This document shows positions 13,291 to 25,407 of a DNA stretch of 64,000 nucleotides, in pieces. The stretch spans positions 135,619 through 199,618 of the forward strand of contig QPMI01000527.1 of NCBI GenBank assembly GCA_004431415.1, in the 5' to 3' direction. The position numbers and the translations under genes are program-made. This DNA is from Cyanophora paradoxa CCMP329 (Eukaryota > Plantae > Glaucophyta). The number at the start of each line of letters is the position of its first letter. Position 1 is the stretch's first letter. The notes beneath the pieces are model-generated. The model was not told the origin of the DNA. It saw only the letters and a program-made list of their open reading frames with translations, and did not search any database.

Positions 13291-13899
13291 CGCCCCGCCC
13301 GACCAGCCCCGCCCCTCTCGCCCCCCCACCCGCCCCGCCCCCCCCCCCCCCCCCCCCGCCCGCCCGCCCTCTCGCCCCCGCCACCCCGCCCCGCCCCGCC
13401 CCGCCCCGCCCCTCCCGCCCCCCAACAGATCCTGGCGCGCCTGGGTCCCGAGGCCTCCATCGAAGTCGACCTCGCGCTCGCGGGCGGCGCTCTGCCGCGG
13501 GCGGGGCTCGCGGGGCCGCGGGCCCTACCCCTGACCGTCCCGCTACCGCTCCCCCCACCAGGCCAACTCGCGGGCCGCCGGCCGCGGTCGACGCGCTCCT
13601 CGAGGGGCGCCGGCCCTACCCTGACCGCCTCGCTACCTCTTCCCCCCCTCCCCTAGGCCTCCTTTCCCCCCCCTCCCCCTCCTCGCGCTATCTTCCCCTT
13701 CCCTCGCTACCTCCCCCGCTTCCCCGCAACCCCCCCCCCCTCCCCCCCCCGTTTCCCCCAAGCCTCTCACTCCCAGCCCGCCCCCGCCCCCGCCCCGCGG
13801 CGGCCGCGTACCCCCCCTCCCCCCCCTTTTCCCCCAAGCCTCCCGCCCCCGCCATCGACGCGCACGCCGGCGGCCGCTCGGCGCGATTCCCGCGGGGCC

Positions 13900-14954
13900 C
13901 GAGCCCCGGCCCGACCCCGTCCGCCCGCCGCCTCCGCCCCCGCCTCCGCCATGGCCCTCGGCATGGGCGCCATCAACAGCCGTCCGCCCCCGCCCGCCCC
14001 GCCCCCTCCCCGCCCCCTCCCCGCCGGCGGCGCCCCCGGCGCCCTCGGCGGCGGCCGCCGCCTCGACCGTGGCGATGCTGGTGCGGGCGCTGCAGGCGGT
14101 CGGCCGCATGATCGACCGCATGGTCGCCACGACGGGCAAGGGCTCCTCGGTCCTGCGGCCCCGCGCCCTCCTCGTCAAGGGCCAGCTGGCCTGGGCCGCC
14201 GGCGACGCGCGCGCCGCGGCGCTGCACTGGACGGACGCGGCGGAGCTCGCCTCGCGGCTGCTGATGCCCGAGGACCTCGCTCTCGCCTACTTCCACCTGG
14301 CGCGGCGGGCGGGGACCTCGGACGGGCCCCGGACCGCCATCCGCGCCGACCGCGCCCGGCGGCTCTTCGCAGCCACAGGCAACTCCTGGTGCGCTTGAGT
14401 TTGACGTGGAAAGTGTGAGAAGGAGCCCGCGAGCCGCTGACCTCGCCCGCGCGCAGGCTCTTCGGTCGGGCGATGGCGGAGATCCACGTGGTGACGCCCT
14501 CTGCGGCCCGCGCGGCCGCCCAGGCCCGCGAGGCGCGGCAGGCGGCAGCGGCCGCCGCTGCCGCCGCTGCCGCCTCCGCCCCGCCGCGTCGTCGTCGGCG
14601 GCGTCGGCGAGCCCGCAGCGGCAGCCGCGGGCCTCGGCCAACATGTCGCCCCCTCCCCATCCGGCGGCGGCCGCCGCTTCGTCCTCCTCGCCGCCGCCGG
14701 CCCCGCAGGCGCCGGCCTCGCCGGCGGGCAGCGGCAGCAGCTCCGTGGCGACCTCTGCCGCACGCAGCCGGGCCGCCTGGGGCTCGCCGGCCCCGGGCCC
14801 CAACCCGGCCCCGGCCTCCCTGGACCCCGGGCCCCCGCCCGCCCTCTCCGCCCCCGTCTCCCAGTCCGGCTCCGCCCTCTCCGACGGCTCCGCCCAGGGG
14901 CCCCCGCCCCCGCCCGAGCCGGCCCCGGCGCCCCCCGTCCAGATGCGCCCCTAG
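13900..14954 (+). pseudogene. 3' fragment of the TPR (STAND-cyclase-like) gene
   Basis: Near-identical to 22335-23397 (AMLVRALQAVGRMIDRMVATTGKGSSVLRPRALLVKGQLAW...; last exon ALRSGDGGDP...QMRP-stop). No upstream exons. Confidence 0.8.
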
Positions 14955-15674
14955 GCCTGACTAGCTCTCGCCCCTAGCTGCGGTTTTTTAAAATATGCTT
15001 GTACATGTGTATATGCGAGGGCGGCTTTTCAGCGTCGGGGTACAGAGCGACGCGGTCGATCGCGAGCGGGGTACAGTAAGGTCGCGAACTCGAAGCGCTA
15101 GCTTGAGACATCGCGATCGCGGGGGATACGTACAGATCTAGAGCACGCGTACGTATACAACGAAATCAAATTGTGATCATCACCTGTACCCCCTCGAGCT
15201 CGAGGCAGCTTAGCTTGCGGACCCGGGACCGGGACTCCCGCGCGCGGCCGCCGACGAAGCTTGAAGCACGCGATCGCTAGCAACAGTCAGCAGCAGCAGA
15301 CTTCGTACGCTCGCGTAGGTCGTTTCGACGTCGAGGATGTCGGGGATAGGCCGCGGGCGCGGCCGGATTAGTGGAGTGGAGATTGGATTTCGTATTCTCC
15401 AGCTGATCTCCCGGGACCCCCCCCTCCACTAGTGGTCGGCGCGTCCTGGTGCGTTGCACGCGCTCCGATTCTCGCCCTCGACGTCCTGCGCGTCGTTGAC
15501 CGCGACCGGCTCTCCAGCTGGATGGCTCTCGAGTGCGATGGACGCGTCGTCGACGTCAACCGCTTCGGCAGTTACCTTCGTCCCGTATGGGAGCGGTGCT
15601 CAGACCTCCAAGAATCCCCTAGGACGCGTCCAGCTGCGCGCCGCGCTCATGCATCCGCAGGGTCTGCCTCGCCG

Positions 15675-18600
15675 ATGGCCGGCGCCGGCGCCGTGGCCAG
15701 CGACGGCGACGACCGCGTCCCGCTCCTCGCCGCAGCGCAGAGCGCTTCGCCGTCCAGCGCTGATCATGAGCTAGCTCTGGCGCCGGCCTCGGCGCCCGAC
15801 GGGAAGGCCGCCTACGTATACAGCATGCGCACAGCGCCAGCACCCGCGGCGCCGGCCGCGGCCGCAGCGGCTTCACCTGGAGCCGGCGCCGGCCCGGCTG
15901 CAGCAGGAGTCGCCGGTGTCGGCCAGCTGCAGCCGGCTGGCGCTGACAGCGCGGCGTCGCCCCGGGTCGAGCCGTGGTTCCATGCGGCTGCGACGGGGGA
16001 CGTCAACGTGCTTCGGTGCCGCCCCCCCCCCCCCCCCGCCCCCCCCCTCCCCCGTGCCACGGTGCCCTCCTGCCACGCCTGCGAGGGGCCCAGATCTAGA
16101 CCCCCCGCCTCAGGGCCTTGCATCCACCGCCCTATTTACTTTCTCCCTCCGCGCTACAGCCCCCCCCCCCCCCCCCCCCCCCCCCCACCCCCACCCCCAC
16201 CCCACCCCATCCACCCACCCACACAGACACACACACCACGCACATCACATCCTACCCCCTTCCCCCCCCCCCCCCACCCCCTCCGCGCTCCCCTGCCCCC
16301 CCCCCCCCCCCCCCCCCCCCCCGCTTTCCCATCCACCCCACCCCCACCCCCTTACCCCACCCCACCCCCACCTTCCACCCCCCCCCCCCCCTCCGTCCCT
16401 CGCCCCCCGCCCCCCACCCCCGCCCACTCCGAACTTTGGATCAAATATTGATGGCCTCGCAGGGCGATGCTGGAAGGAGGCCGGCCGGTCGATTCAACGA
16501 ACAAGGAAGGCCTCACAGCGCTCTACATTGCATGCGAGAAGGGCCACGAATCCGCAGCACGGCTCCTCCTCGAGCGCGGCGCAGACTCTATGCTGCCTTG
16601 CGGCGAAAGGGGCAGGCTCCCGATTCACGCGGGAGCCGCTTCTGGGCATGAGCCCATTGTGAGGTGCCCTGCAGGAACCCTGCATCATCCTTGCCAGCTG
16701 CAAACAGCCCTGCAGGCTTCTACTGGGGCGCGGGATGCCTGTGGATGCGAAGACCGAACATGGAGCTACGGTACTCTACATTGCATGCCAGGAAGGTCGG
16801 GAGGCCATGGCAGGGCTCCTGCTCGAGCACGGAGCGGACCCCGAGCTGTGCGACGAAGATGGCTGGCACCCCCTCCACGCCGCTGCAAGCAAGGGGCACG
16901 GGGCCGTTGTCATGTGCGTCGAGCCCGGCCCTGCTTTCCGCCGTCGGACTGCATGTGATCTCGTCACGGCGTGTGCCGGCTGCAGGCTTCTGCTGGAGCG
17001 GGGGGCGCCAGTGGATGCGAAGACCAACGATGCTTTCACTGCGCTCTATTTTGCAGCCGCAAAAGGTCACGTGGACGTCGCGCGGCTCCTGCTTGAGCGC
17101 GGAGCGGATCCATCGCTCCCGTGTGGCCCCAACGGCTGGCAGCCACTCCACAAAGCTGCAGAGAATGTGCACGGAGCTGTCGTCAAGTGCGACGGGCCGG
17201 GCTCTGTACATGTTTTTCGCCGCCGAACTGCATGCATATGTGATCTCGTGTGCCGGCTGCAGGCTTCTGCTGGAGCGGGGGGCGCCAGTGGATGCAAAGA
17301 TTAACAAGGGTTTCACTGCGCTCTTCATTGCAGGCGGGATGGGTCATTTGGACGTCGCGCAGCTCCTGCTCGAGCGCGGAGCGGACCCCGTGCTCCCTTG
17401 CGGCCCCAGCGGCTGGCAGCCCCTCCACGCCGCTGCCAGGAAGGGGCAAGGAGCCGTTGTCAAGTGCGGCGGGCCCGGCCCTGCTTACCGCTGTCGGACT
17501 GCATGTAATCTCGTGTGCCGGCCACAGGTTTCTGCTGGAGCGCGGGGCGCCGGTGGATGCGAAGACCGAAGATGGGCGTACGGCACTCTACACTGCGTGC
17601 CAGGAAGGTTGCGAGGCGGTTGCAAGGCTCATGCTTGAGCGCGGAGCGGACCCATCGCTCCCGTGTGGCCCCAACGGCTGGCAGCCACTCCACACCGCTG
17701 CATTGAATGGACATGGAGCCGTTGTCAAGTGCGGCGGTCCCGGCCCGGTTTCCGCCATTGGACTGCATGTGATCTCTTGTGCCGGCTGCAGGCTTCTGCT
17801 GGAATTCCGGGTGCTGGTGGATGCGAAGAGCAAGACTTGTTACACTGCGCTCTGCCTGGCAGCGGGAAACGGGCACGTGGACGCTGTGCGGCTCTTGCTC
17901 GAGCACGGTGCGGACCCCATGATTTCTTGCGGCCCCGACGGCATTCAGCCTCTCCACATCGCTGCAATGAACGGGCACGGAGCCATTGTCAAGTGCGGAG
18001 GGCCCTGCCCTGCTTTCCGCCATCAGACCGCATGTAATATCGTGTGTCGACTGCAGGCTTCTGCTGGAGCAGGAGGCGCCGGTGGATGCAAAGTGCAATA
18101 ACGGTCTCACTGCGCTCTTCAATGCAGCTAAGAACGGTCACGTGGATATCGCGCGGCTCCTGCTCGAGCGCGGCGCGGACCCCGCACTCCCGTGTGGCCC
18201 CAATGGCCATCACCCCCTCCACATCGCTACAAGCAACGGACACGTCATCATCGTTAAGTGCGGCGGGCCCAGCTCTGCTTTCCGCCGTCGGACTGCATGT
18301 GATCTCCTGTGCCGGCTGCAGGCTCCTGCTGGAGCGGGGGGCGCTACTTAATGCGAAGACCAAGTCTTAATCCACAGCGCTCCGCATCGCAGCCCTTATG
18401 GGTTACGTGGACTTGGCGCGGCTCTTGCTCGAGCACGGAGCGGACTCTTCCCTACCTAGCGGCTTTGATGGCTCGCAGCCCCTTCACACCGCTGCAAACA
18501 ACGGGCACGGAGCCGTTGTCAAGTGCGGCTTTTGAGGGCTCGTGGGGACTGTTTTTGCTTTCTAACTGCGTGATCGTGTTCTCTGACCACAGGCTTCTGC

Positions 18601-18790
18601 TGGATTATGGGGCGCCGGTGAATGCAAAGTCCAGATATGGTTTCATGGCGCTCATTTCGGCGTCCTGTTCTGGTCATGAGGCCGTGGCACGGCTTCTGCT
18701 CGCGCACGGCGCGGATCCCAATCTGGCGGACAGCGAAAACATGCTGCCCATCCATGCAGCTGCATATTCCGGGAGCGTAGCTCTGTTGAA
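15675..18790 (+). CDS. Ankyrin-repeat N-terminus of TRP paralog 1 (nine 2-ANK exons); channel half absent
   Basis: Exons 15675-16015, 16463-16663, 16716-16913, 16986-17186, 17263-17463, 17528-17728, 17792-17992, 18057-18257, 18322-18522 (in-frame TAA at 18368-18370) and 18593-18790. Each ANK exon reads LLLERGAPVDAK..G.TAL..A...GH...ARLLLERGADP....G..PLH.AA..GH..VV. Confidence 0.85.
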
Positions 18791-18915
18791 GTACGTATTA
18801 TTGAGCCATTTCCACATCCATCCAGGTACCTGATAAGCTCGCTCCCCGCCCCTCTCGCCCCGCCCCTCCCCGCCTCTCTCCTCCCCGCCTCACGCGCGCC
18901 CCTCCCCGCCCGCAG

Positions 18916-21900
18916 GTACGCGTCGCGGTGCGAGATGCACAAGCGGATCGGGGAGTACCTCGAGGAGCACTTCAAGGGCGCCCCCGGTGCGCCTGTGAGG
19001 GAGGGGGGGGGGGGGGGGGGGGGGGCAGCGTGCCCCAGCGCTTAGCAGCGCGCTCCACGCCCTGCGCCACGCGGCCCAGCCTACTAGACACCCTAGCTCC
19101 AAGCAGGGCTTCGCGTTGCAGCGCGCCCGCCGGCTCCGGCTCCGGCGCCAGGGAGCGGAGCAGCGCATAGCAGCGCGCCCGCCCAGCGCGCATAGCAGCC
19201 CCATAGCTCCACCCGCTTAGCTCCACGCCTCCACCGCCCCTCTTACTCTCTCTCTCGCTCACTCGCCCGCTTCCCCCCTCAGACGCGACGATGACGCTGG
19301 CGGACTACGTCGTCCTCTCCACGCACTTCGCCGAGGCCGGCGACTCCCCCGACGTCCTCGAGAAGGCCGTCTCCTACTCCCTCCGCGCCGGCTCCCTCGC
19401 CGAGAACAAGGTGCGGGGAAGCCCGACGAGCCTAGCGAGCTAGCCTTCTCTAGCAAGCTGTTCTTCTTAGTGCCTGAGTATTCTGCTCACCTCCGCGAGC
19501 CTAATTCTCTTCGTCGCCGGCAGTTCTCGAACCAGGAGGCGTGCACGTTCTACCTGACGGCGCTGCACCTCTGCGAGAAGCTCGGCGAGGCCCGCTCGCC
19601 CCGCGTCGCCCAGCTCTACCGCCGCCTCGGCGACGTCCAGGTCCGAGCGAGCCCGACCGCTTTAAGAAGAATTACGTTTGGTTAGTTAGAAAACAAAAGC
19701 GATGAGCCATGAGCTAGTTTGTTAGTTAGCGATTAGCGAACTTAGGGGGTTGGTTCCAAGCGCGCGCCGCGCCGCCGCCTCGCCTGTCTGCCGGAGGCTT
19801 TTAGCTTACTTAAGAGATGGTTGGAATCGCGTCTCGTGAGATAACTTAACCGTTTTGTCGCGCAGTTCGTGCTGAACGACGTGGCGGCGGCGATCGCCTC
19901 CTTCGAGAAGTGCTTCGACCTCCTCGGCTTCCAGGTGCGAACAAGGGAAGAAGAAGAAGACTCTCTAGGGAGAGCGAGCGAGCTAGCTAAGAGAGCGAGC
20001 TAGCTAGCTGACGGAGAAGGGAGCCCAAGAGAGCACCCGTGTCCGCCGGCGCCGGCTCACGTCCCTCCTTCAGGTGCCGTCCTCCGGTGTGGGCCTCGCG
20101 GCGCGCATCTTCCGCGAGATCGTCGCCCAGGCCCGCAACCGAATCCGCAAGTCCGGCGTGCGCGACCCGCTAGGCTGGGCTTTGCTCTGCCGAGGAGGCT
20201 AGACTGGGCTAGGCTTAGCCTAAGCCCAGCCTAGCTTCGGTTCTGCTCTGTGCCGAGGGGGCCGACGCGGGGTCCGTGCCGCGCGCGCGCAGGCTCTGTA
20301 CCGGAGGCTCGCGCAGCCGCCGCCGGCGGTGCCGCACGGCGGGACGGGCACGCACCGGCGCTCGCAGGGCCTCATCCCCAACTCGACGTCCAGCGCCCAG
20401 CTCAACTCGCCGGCCGGCGGCGCCGGAGTGGGCGGCGAGGGCGGGAGCGTCCCCCACACGGCCCACGGGACGCCGCGGACGCCCGGCGGCGCGGGCGGCG
20501 CCGGTGCTGGCGGCGGCGGCGGCGCGAGCGAGCGGCCGCGGTCGTTCGGGCCGGCCGTGCCCGGCCTCCCCGCGCCCCCCGTGGACCCCAACGCCGTCTC
20601 CAGCGCCCGCCCCCTCCGGGACATGGCCCGCATCCTCTCCAAGCTCTACCAGGTGCCATCTTATCTCTAAGCTCTTTATGTAACCTATTCTTATTGTTCT
20701 TCTTATCTCAGGCCTACTTCCACGAGCGGACGCCGCTGAAGGGCGTCTACGTCGCCCTCTTCCTCCTCAACCGCGCCGAGGAGACCGGTGACTGCGCCCT
20801 CGCCGCCCTCCCCACCGCCCTCACGGTCCGCTCCGCTCGCTCCGCTCTGCCCCGCCCCGCTCCGCTCCGTACTAGACCGTCTTTTAGACCGCACCGCCCC
20901 CCCGCCCCCGCACCGCTACGCTCCGCCCCGCCGCGCGCCGCGCGGTATCCGCGGCTATGATCTATCATAGCAGACCGGATCCTAGCGTAGATCTAAGGCG
21001 GTATCGGCCAGGATCATAAGATACTTCTACCCCCCGCCCCGCCCGCCCCGCCCCGCCCCGCCCCGCCGTGCCTGACAGCGCCGGCCCCGCCCCCCGCGCA
21101 GTGCCTGACGTGCCTGGTGAGCGGGATGGCGAGGCAGGCGCGCGAGTACTGCGCGTTGACCCTCCAGCTCTGCAACTACGTTGACGACCGGCCCTTTGTC
21201 GCCCAGGTCCGTAACAGAACAACGGAGCAGAGCAGAGCATAGCATAGCAGAGCAGAGCGGAGCGGAGCGGAGCGGCGGCCTGACCGGCCTTGGTTCGATC
21301 GCGCAGGCGTACGCGTACCTGGCGTGGTACTTCGCGGTGACGGGCCAGTGGGGCGAGGCGGACGAGTCGATCCGCGCCGCCGTTGCCATCTTCGAGGAGC
21401 ACGGGGACGGCAAGGAGAGCATGCAGCTCCTCTCGGCCCTCGCCGGCGTCGGCCACCTCTCCCGCATGCAGCAGGTGCGGGGAAGCTAGAAGAAGAGGCT
21501 GGAAGCCAGAAGCTCGCTCACTTTAGAAGAAGCTAGAAGCTAGAAGCTCTCCGCTCTCCGCCCTCGCCGGCCATTAAATCTCTCCCCCTTCCGCTGCCCT
21601 CTCCTCACTCGCTCACCGTCCACGCGGCAGGCGCGCCCGGCCGAGGTCCTCGCGACGGTGCGGCAGCTGCGGGACGCGGCGGAGAGCATCGACGACGTCG
21701 CGACGCGCTCCTTCGCGGTGGCGTGGGAGGCCGTGCTCCTGCTGCAGGCGGCCGAGCCGCGCGCCGCGCTGGACGTGCTCGTGGGCAGCCAGCCGCGGCG
21801 CGCCCTTGGCCTTGACGAGAAGGACGCGGCGCCCTCGCCGCCGGCGCCGGCGCCCTCCGTCGGCACGCAGTCGCGCCGCGCCATCGGCGCCGTCGACGCG

Positions 21901-23397
21901 TACGCCGGCGGCCGCTCGGCGCGATTCCCGCGGGGGCCAGTGGGCGGGCCCGTGGCGGCGGCCGCCGCCGCCGTCGCCGAGGCCGAGGAGGACGCGGACG
22001 GGGGGCCCGGCGTCGACGTCTCCGAGTCGGCGCCGGAGGGCCAGGCCTACCGCCGCGAGGTCGGCTGGTGCGCCCTGGTCGCCGTCCTCACGGCCCTGGG
22101 CGACGTCCCGCACGCCCTCGCGCACGCCCGGAGCCTGGCGGAGCTGGCGGGGACCGGAGCCCCCGCCGGGCTCTCCTGGGAGGCCGCCGTCGTCCTGACG
22201 GCGGCCGCCGACGCCATCTGCGACCTCATCGACGCCGTCCGCGCCTCGCCGGCCGTCGCAGCGGCCGCGGCTGCAGCCTCCGCGGCCTCCCCGACGCCCC
22301 CGCCCCGCACCACCTCCTCCTCCTCGACTTCCCCCGAGCCCCGGCCCGACCCCGTCCGCCCCGCCGCCTCCGCCCCTGCCTCCGCCATGGCCCTCGGCAT
22401 GGGCGCCATCAACAGCCGTCCGCCCCCGCCCGCCCTGCCCCCTCCCCCTCCCCCGCCCCCGCCGGCGGCGCCCCCGGCGCCCTCGGCGGCGGCCGCCGCC
22501 TCGACCGTGGCGATGCTGGTGCGGGCGCTGCAGGCGGTCGGCCGCATGATCGACCGCATGGTCGCGACGACGGGCAAGGGATCCTCCGTCCTGCGGCCCC
22601 GGGCGCTCCTCGTCAAGGGCCAGCTGGCCTGGGCCGCCGGCGACGCGCGCGCGGCGGCGCTGCACTGGACGGACGCGGCGGAGCTCGCCTCGCGGCTGCT
22701 GATGCCGGAGGACCTGGCCCTCGCCTACTTCCACCTGGCGCGCCGGGCGGGGACCTCGGACGGGCCCCTCACCGCCATCCGCGCCGACCGCGCCCGGCGG
22801 CTCTTCGCGGCCACCGGCAACCGTTGAACACCTGGTGCGCTTTACTTGAAAATGGGAGGTGTGAGGGGGACCGTGTGCGTGGCTGACCGCTCCCGCGCGC
22901 AGGCTCTTCGGTCGGGCGATGACGGAGATCCACGTGGTCACGCCCTCGGCGGCCCGCGCGGCCGCCCAGGCCCGCGAGGCGCGGCAGGCGGCGGCCGCCG
23001 CCGCTGCCGCCGCCGCCGCCTCCGCCCCGCCGCGTCGTCGTCGGCGGCGTCCGCGAGCCCGCAGCGGCAGCCGCGGGCCTCGGCCAACATGTCGCCCCCT
23101 CCCCACCCGGCGGCCGCCGCCTCGTCCTCCTCGCCGCCGCCGGCCCCGCAGGCGCCGGCCTCGCCGGCGGGCAGCGGCAGCAGCTCCGTGGCGACCTCTG
23201 CCGCCCGCAGCCGGGCCGCCTGGGGCTCGCCGGCCCCGGGCCCCAACCCGGCCCCGGCCTCGCTGGACCCGGGGCCCCCGCCCGTCCTCTCCGCCCCCGT
23301 CTCCCAGTCCGGCTCCGCCCTCTCCGACGGCTCGGCCCAGGGGCCCCCGCCCCCGCCCGAGCCGGCCCTGGCGCCCGCCGTCCAGATGCGCCCCTAG
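18916..23397 (+). CDS. C-terminal helical/TPR half of a STAND-type nucleotidyl-cyclase-like (ADCY10/sGC-like) protein
   Basis: Spliced exons read YASRCEMHKRIGEYLEEHF / DYVVLSTHFAEAGDSPDVLEKAVSYSLRAGSLAENK / FSNQEACTFYLTALHLCE..LYRRLGDVQ / FVLNDVAAAIASFEKCFDLLG..., typical of the post-ATPase TPR region. Stop at 23395-23397. No cyclase or ATPase exons visible in the window. Confidence 0.65.
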
Positions 23398-23733
23398 GCC
23401 TGACTAGCTCGCCCCTAGCTGCGGCTTTTTGAAGTATGCTTGTACATGTGTATATGCGAGGGCGGATTTTCAGCGTCGGGGTACAGAGCGTCCGAAGTCG
23501 GGGTAATATATATATATATAGCGGTCATCGCAAGGTGTACATAAAGGTACTCATGATCAGTACTAGTAAAATGGCACGTCATGATCACCGGCGAGTCGGC
23601 GGCGACTCACGTACCGCACGTGCACGTGCACGTGGCCATGCGCCAGTGCTGCTGGCAGTGCAGCGCTAGCGCCAGCTGCGCCACTGGCTGCCAGTGGCTG
23701 ATATATACCGTGTTACACTATATTAAGGTACTC

Positions 23734-24981
23734 TTTTTTTTTGGTGAATTACCGGCCACAGTCTCTAGACACCAGCACTGCGGGGGCTGCCCAGGGGGCA
23801 TAAAGACAAAAAAGCAAAATAACTAAGACAAGAGCACGAAGAAAGATAAGACAAAGAGCCAAAATCGACAATAATAAAGAAAAGACACAGAGCTCGAGAC
23901 AGATCGAGAAGAGACGATAAAGCGAGCAGATCGAGGGACAGAGGAGGACTGACACGAAGAAGAGCCAGAGCTAGAGATACCATCAAGATCGGAAGGAATT
24001 ACATCACTAAGAAGCGGAGGACAAAATTGAGAAAGATAAATAACAGGAAGCAGACAAGTAAGAGGAACAACAAGACGACGTGGAGGCGGAGGCGAAGCAG
24101 GACGATGCGAAAGGGCAGAGCTACGGCACGAGGTCGACGAGGACACAGGAGGCGGAGCAGGCGGATCAAGAGCAGGCAAAAGGACAGTCAAAGGAATCAC
24201 TAAAGCCGGCCGGGGTCGAGGCGGGCAGTCGAACTGCAAACGACGGCGAACAACAGGTCGAGCACGAGGACTATAGCTAGTATTGAAACTAACTCTAGCA
24301 TCAACACTACGATCAGAATCCGAACTGGACCGAACTAAACTATAAGACGAAGTACGCCGGCGCCGGCGGGATACGACCAGCGAAGCAGAAGACGAAAGCA
24401 AAGGCGGCAGTCCGGTATCAAGAACAAAGGCCGGAGGGTCCGGCCCGGCAAACCGCCGGAGGGAAGTAGAAGGAGACGCAGGCTCGGCAAGCCGGCGACG
24501 GGTACGACCACGAGTCCGAGAGGAGATCGGGGAATTGAGGGCCCAGGAGCAGAGCCAGGAGAAGGTAAGCCCGGCGAAAAATCTGACCCGGAGCCGGAAC
24601 CCAGCGAACGACGACGACGAAGAGGCCCCCGAGGAGCCACGACGGGGGAGCTACCGAGCAAAGTACTGACAGCCGGCGCCGAACATGGCGGCGCGGCGGA
24701 GGTACCCCGCAGATAGTGGCTGGCGGATCCGGAGAGTCCAGGGTCGATCGAGAGATCCGCCGACGGGAACGCGGCGGAGGCCTACGAGACGGAAGAGGCG
24801 AGGAGGGAGCCGAGGAAGGGTCGGATCCGGAGGCAGGGGAAGGGCCGCGAGCAGGTGACGGGGATCGCTGCCGGCGCCGAAGAGAGGGCAGCGAAGCAGG
24901 AGAAAGGTCGGGTGGCGCCGGATCAGATCTAGATGACACGGGAGTCATGGGCGGCGCAAAGAGAGACGAGCTCGAGGGCGC
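23734..24981 (-). mobile_element. LINE-A 5'-truncated copy (1.25 kb)
   Basis: Matches 1771-3020. Poly(A) tail. TSD ATATTAAGGTACTC at 23720-23733 and 24982-24995. Confidence 0.95.
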
Positions 24982-25138
24982 ATATTAAGGTACTCACTTT
25001 ATTATGTCATCCCCAAATTATGTCGCCTTGGACGGGACATAACGACATAATTTGGTACCGTCATATATAGTAGGGGCCTGTAGGGCACGCTCAGTGGTAC
25101 CCCACCAGATTTCAAAAAAAGTTTACCGTCCCATACAA

Positions 25139-25195
25139 TTTTTTTTTGGTGAATTACCGGCCACAGCCTCTAGTCTACTCCAGCACTGTGGGGGC
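25139..25195 (-). mobile_element. LINE-A extreme 3' fragment
   Basis: T-run followed by GGTGAATTACCGGCCACAG...CAGCACTG, matching the family-A 3' end. Confidence 0.8.
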
Positions 25196-25407
25196 GTATA
25201 TATACAGGCAAGGTGGGGCATGATCGATCGGAATTATGTGGAACGGGCGGGATTCGAAGGCGTGATTCTCATCGCAGGGCGATTCGAAAAGTTCATGACG
25301 ACATAATTTGGGGATGTCATATTTCGCATATAGAGAATTTAAAACGACATAAATTTGACCGTCATATTATTGTGTTTTACGTTACCTGCAGCCTGCCAGG
25401 CTGCAGG

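Noticed and set aside
8900-14960. Many long overlapping Arg/Pro/Gly/Ala-rich ORFs on both strands (also 38.7-45 kb and 60-64 kb)
   Set aside because: These are by-products of extreme GC content; real coding pieces are short spliced exons in changing frames.
16160-16430. Poly-C tracts as Pro-rich coding sequence or functional G-quadruplex elements
   Set aside because: They are intronic, not conserved between paralogs, and of unreliable length in assemblies.
16914-18321. CRISPR-like array (constant 64-bp repeats with variable spacers)
   Set aside because: The repeats are GT..AG introns and the spacers are homologous ankyrin exons; no cas genes; eukaryotic context.
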